A stretch of 64,000 bases of DNA from Candidatus Cloacimonadales bacterium (GCA_963665815.1 OY762463.1:1664001-1728000), one strand, 5' to 3'. Positions 39,143-50,384 are shown, counted from the stretch's first letter. Notes: generated by a model from the sequence alone, not told the origin. Program-made: numbers and translations.

Positions 39143-39685
39143 ATGAGTACAAAAAAGAAAAATCGAAACTCTTATAAGAAATCAAAAAAAAACAGCTTTA
39201 AGATTCCATATATCTGGATAATCATAATTGTAATTTCATTTAGTCTGATTTATGCTTCATGGCATGGAAAAAAGAATGAAAATAGCCAGAGTACTGATTT
39301 TCAATATAAAACTACTATTGTAAACATACAGAAATCTCTTTCTGACAAATCAATTCAGTTTAACGTAGAAATTGCTGACACTCCGGATCTAACTTCTCTG
39401 GGTCTGATGAATAGAGAATATCTTGCAGAAGATGCAGGTATGCTGTTTGTATTCCCTTATCCGGATAAACGCAGTTTCTGGATGAAGAATACTATTATCC
39501 CTCTTGATATAATCTTTATTGATGGCTCAGGCAAAATAATACAGATTTCTGAAACCACAACACCTTACAGCACTGAAAGCATTGTCTGTCTTAAACCGGC
39601 TCAATATGTTCTGGAAGTAAACGCAGGAATCACAGAGCAACATAAAATCAATATTGGCGATATCATCACCTGGGACAAATACTGA
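39143..39685 (+). CDS. DUF192 domain protein
   Basis: VEIADT..GLM.R, GMLFVF, FWMKNT.IPLDIIFI, YVLEVNAG. Confidence 0.92.
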   Translation: MSTKKKNRNSYKKSKKNSFKIPYIWIIIIVISFSLIYASWHGKKNENSQSTDFQYKTTIVNIQKSLSDKSIQFNVEIADTPDLTSLGLMNREYLAEDAGMLFVFPYPDKRSFWMKNTIIPLDIIFIDGSGKIIQISETTTPYSTESIVCLKPAQYVLEVNAGITEQHKINIGDIITWDKY

Positions 39686-39697
39686 CAGATAGCAACT

Positions 39698-40531
39698 CTA
39701 CCTGTTCAGCTTTTTTTTTAACTCCACACTATACGAATTGTCATGCTTCAGAGGACCTATTCCCCTTCCAAGAATAACATCTTTATTCTCCTCTATAGCA
39801 CAATGAAGATATCTGTTTGCATGATAAACAGCATCCCTGATTGACATTCCACCTGCGATACAAGCTGCAATTGCCGAAGACAGTGTACATCCCGTTCCAT
39901 GGGTGTTCTGAGAATCAATTCTCTCATTACAGAAGATTCCGGCAGGTTTGTTAATAGTATCAAAAAGATAATCGCAACAGATTCCCGAATCCGAATGACC
40001 ACCTTTAATCAATACATTATCTATTCCAGCATCAATTAATCTTGAAGCACACCTGTTTAAGTCATTATCAGAGTTTATATAAAATCCGCATAACAGTTCA
40101 GCTTCCGGGATGTTAGGTGTAATCATTCTGCACAAAGGAAACAATTTCTTTTTTAACAGATCAACAGCATCAGGTTCAAGTAGTGTTCTTCCCGAAGTAG
40201 AGACTAATACCGGATCCAAAACAACATCAGCAATTTTTTGTTCCGAAAGAAATCCAATTACTTCCTCAATTATGAACCTGTCATAAAGCATGCCGATTTT
40301 CACTGCATCAATAACAATATCTTCCGCAAGAACTGATAGTTGCTCCCTGAAGTAATCCAAATTCACAGGATAAGTATTTTTCACACCAAGGGTATTCTGA
40401 ACAGTAAGTGATGTAACTGCGGTTAATCCATATATACCAAGCGAAGAAACTGTTTTGAGATCTGCCTGAATTCCTGCTCCGGAAGAAGGATCAGAGCCGG
40501 CAATGATAAGTACAGTCTTCAATCTATTCAT
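39698..40531 (-). CDS. thiD: Hydroxymethylpyrimidine/phosphomethylpyrimidine kinase
   Basis: IAGSDPSSGAGIQADLKT, VKIGML, ITPNIPEA, HGTGCTLSSA. Confidence 0.95.
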   Translation of the reverse strand: MNRLKTVLIIAGSDPSSGAGIQADLKTVSSLGIYGLTAVTSLTVQNTLGVKNTYPVNLDYFREQLSVLAEDIVIDAVKIGMLYDRFIIEEVIGFLSEQKIADVVLDPVLVSTSGRTLLEPDAVDLLKKKLFPLCRMITPNIPEAELLCGFYINSDNDLNRCASRLIDAGIDNVLIKGGHSDSGICCDYLFDTINKPAGIFCNERIDSQNTHGTGCTLSSAIAACIAGGMSIRDAVYHANRYLHCAIEENKDVILGRGIGPLKHDNSYSVELKKKLNR

Positions 40532-41124
40532 TTTCCCATCGCTTTCAACAAATTTCTATGAGTTGTCTCAAGTATTTTCCTGACACCAGACAGCATGGGT
40601 TCATTATGACCGGAGTATATCTTTTCAACTCCCAAAGTCATGATCTTTTCCAGAAAATCGTTATACGACTTGTAGCTGTACTCTATTTTATCTGTTCTGA
40701 AGTGAATGTTCGTATCTCCGGTAAACAAAGCTCTGTGCTCAAAATTATAAAAACATACTGAATCAGGGGAATGTTCCGATACTCTGATAACCATCAGATA
40801 ATCATCTCCCGCTCTGATAACCTGCCCATCTCTCAAATGATATCTGGGATCAGGTGCTTCATCAAGATGATAGACATACGGATTATATTTTTTGATAATA
40901 AAGTCCAATCCGTTTATATGATCAGTATGGTTATGAGTAAGCAGAACCTGCTGAATCGGATTTGACTCATTTATCCCAAATTTTCTCAATTTCTCAATTA
41001 TATCTTTATCACCACCGGCATCAATCAACGTGTTAATTGTCTTTCGTGAGTTACCACTGGATGTAAGCAGATAGTTGTAACTGCAAAAAGTAAGTTCTTT
41101 TGGCCTGACCACTGTGATTTTCAT
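40528..41124 (-). CDS. Metallo-beta-lactamase fold hydrolase
   Basis: LLTHNHTDH, HSPDS, LFTGD, SGH. Confidence 0.88.
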   Translation of the reverse strand: MKITVVRPKELTFCSYNYLLTSSGNSRKTINTLIDAGGDKDIIEKLRKFGINESNPIQQVLLTHNHTDHINGLDFIIKKYNPYVYHLDEAPDPRYHLRDGQVIRAGDDYLMVIRVSEHSPDSVCFYNFEHRALFTGDTNIHFRTDKIEYSYKSYNDFLEKIMTLGVEKIYSGHNEPMLSGVRKILETTHRNLLKAMGK

Positions 41125-41723
41125 ATCTTCCTGAAAACTAAAGTCCGAGGTTCAATCTGTATAAACAGCTCATTCATACTTGGGCACAAATCCTGAGGTT
41201 GTCCAAGAGTTAAAATACCATCATCATTCAGTGAGTTATAAAACATCTCGAAAACCTGAGTTTTCAAAGGTTCTTCAAAATGCATTGTAGTATTCTTCGA
41301 GATAATTGCATTCAGGTTTTTTGCAACCGGAACAAGACTGAGCAGATCATGCTTGATATATGAAACATTATTCCTGATTTCTTCGGATATCTGATAATTC
41401 TTATTACTATTCAAGTCTGTGAAGTACTTTTCAAACAGTTCTCTTGGCATTCGGGTTAACTGATTTTCCGGATAAATACCCTGTTCAATAAATTCTGCAA
41501 ATCTGTTACTGATATCAATATCCGAAGAAATCAAATCCAGTTTAGAATAGTCTTTTTCTCCAATTTTATGGTGAAGCAGCATTGCAAATGAAAATGGTTC
41601 CTGCCCGTATGCACAACCGGCATCCCACACCTTGACTGAATCACAGTCAGTAAATCGATCTTTTAAATGAGTTACAGTACACTCCAGAGCCTCTGAATCT
41701 CTGAAAAAATATGAAAAAGCCAT
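41121..41723 (-). CDS. CheR-family methyltransferase (SAM-binding domain only)
   Basis: YFFRD, VWDAGCAYGQEPFS, SDID, HDLL; lacks the CheR N-terminal domain. Confidence 0.85.
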   Translation of the reverse strand: MAFSYFFRDSEALECTVTHLKDRFTDCDSVKVWDAGCAYGQEPFSFAMLLHHKIGEKDYSKLDLISSDIDISNRFAEFIEQGIYPENQLTRMPRELFEKYFTDLNSNKNYQISEEIRNNVSYIKHDLLSLVPVAKNLNAIISKNTTMHFEEPLKTQVFEMFYNSLNDDGILTLGQPQDLCPSMNELFIQIEPRTLVFRKI

Positions 41724-41843
41724 TACAAATCCTTCATAAATTACACAATTAGTATATAGTATACATCAACAAACAGCCTGATATTACACAGGTTTATTTA
41801 TTTAAAACATAAGCTGTCAGAAAAAACATACAACTAAATTAAG

Positions 41844-43442
41844 TTAAATTATAGTATCCTTAAGATAATTTCTATCGTCTCGCTCAGGATAATCAATCAG
41901 ATAATGCAATCCTCTGGACTCTTTTCTCATCAAAGCAGAACGTATGATACAATTTGCGGTAATTGCTAGATTACGTGTTTCAATTACTTCCTTTCTAACT
42001 GCATTATGTTGATAGAAATTATTGATTTCCGTATAAATATTATGTATTCTGTTTGTAGCATATTTTAAAAGACGTCTTGAACGGATAATACCAACATATC
42101 CCTGCATAATAGATTTAATACTCTTTCTGTTGTGCGATATTACAATCCATTCATTTTCGTTGAATTCATCAAGCTCTTTCCATTCCGGTATGTCAGGAAA
42201 ATCAACTTCTTCAGTTATAGATGAATGTTTCGATGCTCTGAGAGACACTACCAGACCTTCGAGAAGTGAGTTCGAAGCAAGACGATTTGCTCCATGCAGT
42301 CCGACACAGGCAACCTCTCCTGAAGCAAACAGATTCTTCACATCTGTCATTCCTGAATCAGTAATTAATATCCCCCCGCAGAAATAATGGGCAGCAGGAA
42401 CTACAGGAATAGGATCCTTTGTAAAGTCTATACCTCTCTTCAGACACTTTTTATGTATATAAGGAAAATGATCAATAAGCTTTTCCTCCGGAATATGTGT
42501 AGCATCAAGGAGAACGTATTTATCATCTCTCTGCTTAAGCTCTCTGTCAATTGCCCTTGAAACAATATCTCTTGGAGCAAGAGAACCCATTTTATGGTAA
42601 TTTTCCATAAATGTTTCACCATTCTGTAGACGAAGAACAGCTCCTTCACCTCTTAATGCTTCTGTAATAAGAAATGTATTGTTTTCAGGAGAATAAAAAG
42701 CTGTCGGATGAAATTGAACAAATTCCATATTAACAAGTCTCGCCCCAGCAAGTTTAGCCATGGCAAAACCATCACCGGTAGCAATACTGGAATTTGTATT
42801 ATTATTGTATACCTGTCCCCCGCCACCTGTTGCCAACATTGTCTTCTTAGCGAGGAAAGAATCAATTTTACCTGTTTCAATATCCATAATATAAGCTCCC
42901 CAGCAATTAACACCGGAGACAAAGTTTTTCTGTTGTAAAACATGGTGTTGAGTTATCAGGTCAATAGCAAGATGGTTTTCAAATATCTGTATATTGTTAT
43001 TATTCTTACACTTTTCAATAAGAGAATTCATTATTTCCAGACCGGTGGAATCAGCAGCATACGCGACTCTGTTTCTGGAGTGTCCACCTTCTTTTGTAAG
43101 AGATAGATTTTCGATTGAGCTGTCAATAGCATCATTAGATCTGGTAAAGTTTGTGCCAAGTTCAAGAAGATACTCTACAGCAGCAGGTCCATCCTGTACA
43201 ATCGTGTTTATAACCTCTTTTTTCCCAAGGTAAACTCCGGCATTATAAGTGTCGGTAATATGCTCTATAAAAGAATCAGTTTTATCAAGAACGGCTGCTA
43301 TTCCTCCTTGAGCATAGGCTGTATTGCAGTCTTTAAGTTCTTTTTTTGTTACGACTGCCACTTTGCCGTGTTTTGCAACTTCCAGTGCAAATACAAGACC
43401 GGCTATACCGCTTCCTATAACAAGATAATCGAACTTTCTCAT
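41844..43442 (-). CDS. nadB: L-aspartate oxidase
   Basis: GSGIAG, AQGGIA, EGGHS, EFVQFHPT, LAPRDIV, GLHGANRLASNSLLE. Confidence 0.96.
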   Translation of the reverse strand: MRKFDYLVIGSGIAGLVFALEVAKHGKVAVVTKKELKDCNTAYAQGGIAAVLDKTDSFIEHITDTYNAGVYLGKKEVINTIVQDGPAAVEYLLELGTNFTRSNDAIDSSIENLSLTKEGGHSRNRVAYAADSTGLEIMNSLIEKCKNNNNIQIFENHLAIDLITQHHVLQQKNFVSGVNCWGAYIMDIETGKIDSFLAKKTMLATGGGGQVYNNNTNSSIATGDGFAMAKLAGARLVNMEFVQFHPTAFYSPENNTFLITEALRGEGAVLRLQNGETFMENYHKMGSLAPRDIVSRAIDRELKQRDDKYVLLDATHIPEEKLIDHFPYIHKKCLKRGIDFTKDPIPVVPAAHYFCGGILITDSGMTDVKNLFASGEVACVGLHGANRLASNSLLEGLVVSLRASKHSSITEEVDFPDIPEWKELDEFNENEWIVISHNRKSIKSIMQGYVGIIRSRRLLKYATNRIHNIYTEINNFYQHNAVRKEVIETRNLAITANCIIRSALMRKESRGLHYLIDYPERDDRNYLKDTII

Positions 43443-43912
43443 TGAAGCTCCTTATCAGAACCAAGATTGAGATGCATTATCAAAGCATTCTCAACCGGAT
43501 TATTATAATAATTTTTTCTTTTGCCAATTTCAATGAAGCCTAATTTTCTGTAAAGCTGTATCGCAGGTTTATTTGATTCCCTTACTTCCAGAAAATAGTT
43601 AAAGCAGTAATCCTTCAACATAATCTTTATTACTTCAAGCAGCAGAAATTCAGCCAGCCCTCTTCTTTGGTATGAAATGGCAATACCGACATTTGTAATC
43701 TGATACTCATCAAGTACTTTCCAGCCACATGTATAACCGACAATTCGTTTTTCAGAAACATCACATAGTACAAATGCTTTATGATTAAGTATTTCATGAA
43801 CAAACATCTCAATCGACCAGGGAGAAGTAAAAAGGTCATTCTCTATTTCAAGAATATCTTCGATATCTTCCAGATTCATAGATCTGATTTCAAAATTATC
43901 TGCTGAATTCAT
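43439..43912 (-). CDS. rimI: Ribosomal protein S18 alanine N-acetyltransferase
   Basis: PWS, YQRRGLA, LEVRESN..AI.LY..GF...G.RKNYY..P.ENA. Confidence 0.9.
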   Translation of the reverse strand: MNSADNFEIRSMNLEDIEDILEIENDLFTSPWSIEMFVHEILNHKAFVLCDVSEKRIVGYTCGWKVLDEYQITNVGIAISYQRRGLAEFLLLEVIKIMLKDYCFNYFLEVRESNKPAIQLYRKLGFIEIGKRKNYYNNPVENALIMHLNLGSDKELQ

Positions 43913-43913
43913 C

Positions 43914-45794
43914 TTAGTAAAACAGTTTCTGTCCGGGGTGAAGAATAATAATGGACTGCCCGTTTCTTTGTCTTCTGCTCAATGAATTCGTTTCAATCAA
44001 ATGAGCTTGTGATGTGTTCAGTTTTAGAGCAATACCGGATATTGTATCACCGGAAACAACAGTATATGTCTTTCTTTCAGAAGTTGATTTCTTAGCTGGG
44101 ATCTTGAGTTTCTGACCTGCATAGATTGTAGTTTTGTTAAGATTATTAGCATTCAGAAGTGCTTTAACAGTTACTCCATAACGTTTGGCAATTACTCCGA
44201 GAGATTCTCCTCGTTTGACAGTATGAGTAGTATGATATTCACCACTATTTGTTATGTTTGAACCAGAACTGCTTCCGGATGTTCCTGAACTGTCTGAACT
44301 TCCTTTAGAAACAATAAGCTTCTGACCTGGATATATTGTGTTTGAACTCATACCGTTGAGGTCTTTGAGAGTTCTCAGTGTAATTCCTGCTCTGGAAGCA
44401 ATACCGGACAATGTATCACCTTTCTTAACAATATATGTTTCCTGACCTTTGATAGGTGTTTTATTGGAATCGGATGATCCTGACCTTCCATAAAGCTTGA
44501 GTCTCTGTCCCGGAAAAATAACATTTGAACGTAATCCGTTAATGCTCTTTATCTTACTGACTGAAGTTCTGTATTTCCTGGAAATACTGTAAAGGCTCTC
44601 CCCTCTTCTGACTGTATGATATTGATAATAACCGCTGTTCTTTTTCATGAATTTCTTTTCTACAGATGAAACCTGATTAATATTTGGAACAGCATCAATT
44701 GGTAGAAGAATTTCATATGTTCCGGGAGGTAATATTACATCATTCAGAGGTGAATACCTGCTTCGTTTTCTTTTGTATATATTAATCCAGGGATTAAGCT
44801 CCCATACTTTACTCACATTTGTACCCTGATGTTTTGCCCACTCATCGATAGTATAATGTCCCTTAAGAGTCAGACTGACAAGCTTTGTTGTTTCATATAG
44901 GGATTCTTCACGCTTGAATTTCTTTCCGAAAATCTCTTCTTCATGTTCAAATATCATTTTTATGGCAACTGCACGCCATACATATTTGTTTGTTTCATCT
45001 ACTCTGAGAATCAAATCAAAGAAGCTTTTACCACCCTGTTTCTTCATCACCTTTGCAATTGATCCAGAGCCGGCATTATATGCACAGAAAGCAAGAAGCC
45101 AGTCATCAGAACCACGATCTGTCAGATATTTTCTCGCATTTATCAGATATTTTGCAGCAGCTTCAGTTGCAAGCAGAACGTTAGATCTTTCATCAATATG
45201 ACTGTTAATCCTTAATTTATATCCTTTTGCAGTTCCTGGCATAAACTGCCACATACCACCAGCTCCAACCCGTGATCTGGCAATTGCATTCAACCCGCTC
45301 TCTGCGATGGCAAGATACTTCACATCAAGAGGAACTCCATATTCTGCAAAAACTGAATCAAAAACAGGAAAATATTTACCACTTCTTGGGATATACCTAT
45401 ATGCTGCTTTTAACTCGTTCTTGAAGATTGTCTCAAACTTTTCCTGCAGTCTCTCGTTTTTCAGATTAAACTTTACTCCTGCAAATGTAATTGTATCCGG
45501 AATGATAAAGTCATCATTTACTGCAACACGATTATTGGATATCTCAAGTGCCTGCTGAAGAGAATCTACAACGTAGAACAATTCATCTATCTGAAGATAA
45601 AGAGAATCAATCTCCTGAGCCTGCCTGTTAATAATATTAATCAAAGTATCGGGATCAGTGCTCGCAGTATACTGTTCAGTATATACATCTTCTGTTACTT
45701 CTTTTCTCTTTTCGATCTTATTCTTTTTCTGTAGATATGTACAACCGGTTAAGTAAATACATATCAGGAAAATAATAGTCGCTTTTATTTTCAT
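43914..45794 (-). CDS. Lytic murein transglycosylase (MltD-like) lipoprotein with 4 LysM domains
   Basis: Lipobox LTGC; AIAESG, GMWQFMP, AYNAG; four V..G(E/D).L/I..I LysM repeats; alternative start 45812. Confidence 0.9.
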   Translation of the reverse strand: MKIKATIIFLICIYLTGCTYLQKKNKIEKRKEVTEDVYTEQYTASTDPDTLINIINRQAQEIDSLYLQIDELFYVVDSLQQALEISNNRVAVNDDFIIPDTITFAGVKFNLKNERLQEKFETIFKNELKAAYRYIPRSGKYFPVFDSVFAEYGVPLDVKYLAIAESGLNAIARSRVGAGGMWQFMPGTAKGYKLRINSHIDERSNVLLATEAAAKYLINARKYLTDRGSDDWLLAFCAYNAGSGSIAKVMKKQGGKSFFDLILRVDETNKYVWRAVAIKMIFEHEEEIFGKKFKREESLYETTKLVSLTLKGHYTIDEWAKHQGTNVSKVWELNPWINIYKRKRSRYSPLNDVILPPGTYEILLPIDAVPNINQVSSVEKKFMKKNSGYYQYHTVRRGESLYSISRKYRTSVSKIKSINGLRSNVIFPGQRLKLYGRSGSSDSNKTPIKGQETYIVKKGDTLSGIASRAGITLRTLKDLNGMSSNTIYPGQKLIVSKGSSDSSGTSGSSSGSNITNSGEYHTTHTVKRGESLGVIAKRYGVTVKALLNANNLNKTTIYAGQKLKIPAKKSTSERKTYTVVSGDTISGIALKLNTSQAHLIETNSLSRRQRNGQSIIILHPGQKLFY

Positions 45795-45798
45795 AAAA

Positions 45799-46818
45799 TT
45801 ATCTGCCTTCATACATTGTTTTGTAATAATTCATATATTCACCGCTGACAATATCTTCTGTCCAGTCTTTATGCTGCACGTACCAGTCAATAGTCCTCTG
45901 AATTCCTTCCTCAAACCGTATATGAGGTGTCCAGCCTAATTCCCGCTGAATTTTACTGCTGTCAATGGCATATCTTCTGTCATGCCCCGGTCTGTCCTTC
46001 ACATAAGTTATCAGACTCTCCGGTTTGTTCAGCTTCTTAAGCAGCAGCTTTATAATGTTAATGTTTGCCCATTCATTATCAGAACCTACATTGTATATTC
46101 CCCCGGATTCACCCTTTTCAATAACGAGATCTATTGCACGGCAGTGATCTTCCACATGAATCCAGTCACGTACATTGAGACCATCACCATAAACCGGAAG
46201 CTCCTTGTCATGAAGTGCATTGTTAATCATTAACGGTATCAGCTTTTCAGGGAACTGATTCTCGCCGTAGTTATTTGAACATCTTGTAATACAAACATTC
46301 AGTCCGTATGTTTTATGAGCTGCTCTGACAAACATGTCCGCAGAAGCCTTACTAGCTGAATATGGACTGTTTGGCAGAAGGTTGGATGACTCTGTAAATT
46401 TACCTTCTGCACCAAGTGAACCATACACTTCATCAGTAGAAATCTGTATGAATTTTCTTACCTGATACTGCCTTGAAGCATCCAGTAGATTCTGTGTCCC
46501 CATAACATTAGTTCTCAGAAAAGCTCCCGAATCCATAATACTGCGATCTACATGTGATTCTGCGGCAAAATTAACAACGTGCGTCGGTCTGAAAGTTTCA
46601 AACACATCCTTAACATCTTTTACAACATCAATGCTGCCCTTAAAAAATGTATAATTTGGGTGGTTTGATACACTATCCAGATTCCTCAAGTTGCCTGCAT
46701 AAGTAAGCGAATCAAAATTTATAATTTTTGTATCGGAATGTCTGGTTAGAAAATATCGGATAAAGTTTGATCCGATAAAACCAGCACCTCCGGTTACCAG
46801 AAATATTTTTGCGTTCAT
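45799..46818 (-). CDS. rfbB: dTDP-glucose 4,6-dehydratase
   Basis: TGGAGFIGSNF, AAESHVDRS, STDEVYG, YSASK, DRPGHDRRY. Confidence 0.95.
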   Translation of the reverse strand: MNAKIFLVTGGAGFIGSNFIRYFLTRHSDTKIINFDSLTYAGNLRNLDSVSNHPNYTFFKGSIDVVKDVKDVFETFRPTHVVNFAAESHVDRSIMDSGAFLRTNVMGTQNLLDASRQYQVRKFIQISTDEVYGSLGAEGKFTESSNLLPNSPYSASKASADMFVRAAHKTYGLNVCITRCSNNYGENQFPEKLIPLMINNALHDKELPVYGDGLNVRDWIHVEDHCRAIDLVIEKGESGGIYNVGSDNEWANINIIKLLLKKLNKPESLITYVKDRPGHDRRYAIDSSKIQRELGWTPHIRFEEGIQRTIDWYVQHKDWTEDIVSGEYMNYYKTMYEGR

Positions 46819-46844
46819 TGTGTACCTCAAAGTTTATCTTGAAT

Positions 46845-47001
46845 GAGATCTTTGCATAATGTGGGTAGTTGACTCGATTTTAGAATTCATCATACTCTGA
46901 CTCAAAATAAGCTTCCCTGAAAAATTTTCCAGATGAATTCAAAAATCTCATCGAATTGCTTTTACTAAATCTACTTGATTCTGCTATTATGCATAGTTCT
47001 C
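46845..47001 (-). mobile_element. MITE, about 157 bp, with IS5-like TIRs
   Basis: Ends GAGATCTTTGCATAAT ... ATTATGCATAGTTCTC; body is a reverse-complement homolog of 59966-60123. Confidence 0.75.
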
Positions 47002-47325
47002 TTAATATTTCAATATCTTCTTTTACATTGTCTTTTATGTAAATTTCACTTCGTACTTTTTGTCAACATTTTAATACATAATATTATCGGAATTCAATAA
47101 TTCCACATCAGTTACAAAATACAGTTTCAGTGCTGGTATTATGCTTTCTCCATGTGGCTGCTTTTAAATGCAAAGTCCCAATAAACGAAACTTAGTTTAC
47201 TGAGTTTTATGCTTGCCAATTTTATGTTTACAAATATTCTATATGTAAGAAAGATGCTTCAGAAAACTTGAAAAAGTGGAATGCTTAAAGCAAAATTAAA
47301 CTCATTCTGCAAAAAAATATTCTGA

Positions 47326-47448
47326 GAGAGCTATGCATAATAGCAGAATCAAGCAGCATTGGTTAAGAAATTTGATGAATCAAAATCGAATCAATTTGTT
47401 TTTCTGTGATACATGAGCGAAGGACTATTCAAATTATGCAAAGTTCTA
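47326..47448 (+). mobile_element. MITE, shorter variant, about 123 bp
   Basis: Ends GAGAGCTATGCATAATAGCAGAATCAAG ... ATTATGCAAAGTTCT; inverted relative to the 46845 copy. Confidence 0.7.
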
Positions 47449-47466
47449 CATGATATGGAGAATTAA

Positions 47467-48375
47467 ATGTGGAAACCTGTTACTCTTGATGACAAAGATG
47501 TTATAGATTTATACCTGAAAGATAAAAATCTGGAAATTTCAGAGCTGACATTCACCAACCTTTACCTGTGGAATCAGGGACAATCATTCTCGTACAGAGT
47601 CATTGATGATTTTCTGGTCGTTAAATCTCTGGATATAAACGACAATTGTATGATTTTCCTTCCTGTTGGAAAAACAGCAGAGCAGAATGAATCTCCTGAA
47701 AAGCTCAGAAAAGTTATAGAAAAACTGATTGAAGAATGTGAAGATGAAAACTTCTTCTTCATCAGATCTCTCACAGATAAAATGAAATCAAGACTTGAGG
47801 TTGCGTTTCCTGAGGACTTCGAGTTCACTCCTACTCCGGAATATTCCGATTATGTATACGACGTTGAAAAACTGATAAATCTAAGCGGCAGGAAATTCCA
47901 TTCTAAGAAAAACCAGTTCAATAAATTTAAAAAACTTTATAAATTTGAGTACATTCCCTTAACCGTTGAAAATGCCCAGATCCTAATTGATTCTCAGTGT
48001 CAGTGGTTCAATCACAATAATGTGCTTGTGTACGCCGACCTTGAAATTGAGCGAAAAGGAATTATTCAAGTAATCAACAACATCGAGCATCTTGACGTAG
48101 ATGGTGCCTATATCACAATAGATAATAAAATTGCTGCATTCACCCTTGCTGAACAATTATCGGATGATACTGTTGTAATCCACATTGAGAAAGCAGTTGA
48201 TGATTTCCCGGGAGCATACCAGGCAATTAACAAGTTATATCTTGAAAACAGATGGTCAGATATGACATACGTGAATCGTGAGTGCGATTTGGGTATTGAA
48301 GGACTACGCAAAGCAAAAGAATCTTATAGACCTGTGTTTATGGTCGATAAATACAAGGCTGTCCTGAAAAAATAA
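47467..48375 (+). CDS. DUF2156 protein (aminoacyl-PG synthase catalytic-like GNAT fold)
   Basis: SELTFTNLYLW, DYVY...L..LSGRKFH.KKN, HIEKA, YVNRE.DLGIEGLRKAKESY.P. Confidence 0.9.
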   Translation: MWKPVTLDDKDVIDLYLKDKNLEISELTFTNLYLWNQGQSFSYRVIDDFLVVKSLDINDNCMIFLPVGKTAEQNESPEKLRKVIEKLIEECEDENFFFIRSLTDKMKSRLEVAFPEDFEFTPTPEYSDYVYDVEKLINLSGRKFHSKKNQFNKFKKLYKFEYIPLTVENAQILIDSQCQWFNHNNVLVYADLEIERKGIIQVINNIEHLDVDGAYITIDNKIAAFTLAEQLSDDTVVIHIEKAVDDFPGAYQAINKLYLENRWSDMTYVNRECDLGIEGLRKAKESYRPVFMVDKYKAVLKK

Positions 48376-48421
48376 ACGACACACAACCAAGGCTGTATGT
48401 CGAACTTTTAATATCAAACTA

Positions 48422-49393
48422 TCAACTTTCTGATTTTATATGCTCTATTATATCCTGAATGTAGGAAAAAGCAATACAGGTCGTTGTATCTGCAGCACCG
48501 TAATATACTGCAATTCTTCCTGTTTCCGGATCATGCAGTGCAGCACATGGAAATACAACATTAGGAACATCTCCAACGCATTCATATTGTTTCTGAGGAG
48601 AAAGCAGATATGTATCTGATCTGGCAATTACTTTCCAAGGCTGTTCAAGATCTAGCAATGCCGCCCCCATACTATATACAAAGCCATTACAGGATGTAAG
48701 CACTCCATGGTACAAAAGCAGCCAGCCTTCCGATGTTTTTATCGGAACAGGACCGGCACCAATCTTAGTCCCCTGCCATGTTTCAGGTAATGTTCTCATT
48801 ACATGCCTGTGTTTTCCCCAAAAGCATAAATCCGGACTTTCACTGTAATATATGTCACCAAATGGAGTATGACCATTATCACTCGGGCGACTCAGCATTG
48901 CATAGTTCCCTTTTATCTTTTCAGGAAACATAACACCATTTCTATTGAATGGAAGAAAAGCATTTTCCTTTTGGTAATATGTCTTGAAATCAGTTGTTTC
49001 CGCAACACCAATTGTAGGTCCGTAATAACCATTACACCAGGTAACGATATATTTATCATCAATCTGAGTAACGCGGGGATCATATGCATAGTTGAACTCT
49101 TCATCAACAGGGCAGTCTTTGAATTCAATCCTGTCAGGTTCTATATTCCAGCTTAAGCCGTCTCTGCTGAATCCTGAATGAATCCTCATTCTGCGTGCCT
49201 TGTCATCACAGCGGAATACTCCTGCAAAACCATCTTTGTATGGAATGACCGCACTGTTAAAAATACTGTTTGTCGTTTCAAGATGATCACGCAGAATTAC
49301 CGGATTTGCAGAATATCTCCAGAATACATCCTTGCATCCTTCAGGTTTATCTTCCCATGGCATATTTTTTAATTCTTTTCCAAATATTTTCAT
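48422..49393 (-). CDS. GH130 beta-mannoside phosphorylase
   Basis: [52 protein letters not shown]; start ATG 49393 (GAGG RBS). Confidence 0.92.
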   Translation of the reverse strand: MKIFGKELKNMPWEDKPEGCKDVFWRYSANPVILRDHLETTNSIFNSAVIPYKDGFAGVFRCDDKARRMRIHSGFSRDGLSWNIEPDRIEFKDCPVDEEFNYAYDPRVTQIDDKYIVTWCNGYYGPTIGVAETTDFKTYYQKENAFLPFNRNGVMFPEKIKGNYAMLSRPSDNGHTPFGDIYYSESPDLCFWGKHRHVMRTLPETWQGTKIGAGPVPIKTSEGWLLLYHGVLTSCNGFVYSMGAALLDLEQPWKVIARSDTYLLSPQKQYECVGDVPNVVFPCAALHDPETGRIAVYYGAADTTTCIAFSYIQDIIEHIKSES

Positions 49394-49401
49394 AAATAAC
49401 C

Positions 49402-50382
49402 TCAAAGTTCCTTTATCATATCAAAATGTTTTTCAGTTAGAGATCCGTAATCAAAGAAACTGACAGACTGAGCTCCATAATCAACTGCATGTTTCACAGC
49501 CTGTTTCAGTTCATCAATACTGCTTTCAGGAATATAAAGTCCTGAGACAAATGGGAATTTATTTTTCAAGTCCCTGTTACATGCTCCGGCAGTTTCTATA
49601 AGCCAGTCAGGTTTTCTATTATAGAAAGCATAGTACTGCATAGGAAAAGCTATATCTATATTCCATTTATCCCAGTCCTGTCTGACCATTTCACGAGACA
49701 TTTCCGGCGTTGGAAATACTGCAGCAGTGACTTTCTTGCCCTTTTTGTGAATGATACCACACAAATAGTTCACAAGCTCCACAACTGAATCATATCTGTA
49801 TTGTACCCATTTCCCTTCATCAAAATTCTCATCCATATTGTAAATATCCAAGCCTGTGCGTTTCATAAACTCTTCTCGGCATGATTCGCAATAGCAGAAA
49901 TCATATTCAGGAAATACTCTGTCCTGCACAAGATTGTACTTTGGCTGAAGTCCTTCCGGTAATATCACATCAGGATATCTAATATAGTCCAGATGAACTG
50001 ACTCCACGTGTTCAACCTCACATATCCTGCAAACTTTATCCGCCAGATACTCTTTTACTTCCGGTTTAGAAGGACATATCCATTTATAGTAACCTACATA
50101 AGGTTGTTTCTCAAGACATGAAACTCCTTCACGATTCACGATATACCAGTCTGGATATTTATCAACGATTTCCTGATCATTACAATTGAGCATCCATGTC
50201 CAGGCATGGAATTTTATGCCTGCAGCATTATAGAGTTCTGATGCTTCCTTAATATACTTACCTTTATAGAAAACATTATTTATACCAGAATAGCCTAATC
50301 TTTCGATACTTACTCTGATCTTTTTCAGATAATCTTCATTATCTTCGTGCAGCCAGATCCATTTATCTTTCAATTTTTCCAT
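49402..50382 (-). CDS. Glycoside hydrolase-like family 10 (DUF187) protein
   Basis: [37 protein letters not shown]. Confidence 0.82.
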   Translation of the reverse strand: MEKLKDKWIWLHEDNEDYLKKIRVSIERLGYSGINNVFYKGKYIKEASELYNAAGIKFHAWTWMLNCNDQEIVDKYPDWYIVNREGVSCLEKQPYVGYYKWICPSKPEVKEYLADKVCRICEVEHVESVHLDYIRYPDVILPEGLQPKYNLVQDRVFPEYDFCYCESCREEFMKRTGLDIYNMDENFDEGKWVQYRYDSVVELVNYLCGIIHKKGKKVTAAVFPTPEMSREMVRQDWDKWNIDIAFPMQYYAFYNRKPDWLIETAGACNRDLKNKFPFVSGLYIPESSIDELKQAVKHAVDYGAQSVSFFDYGSLTEKHFDMIKEL

Positions 50383-50384
50383 AA

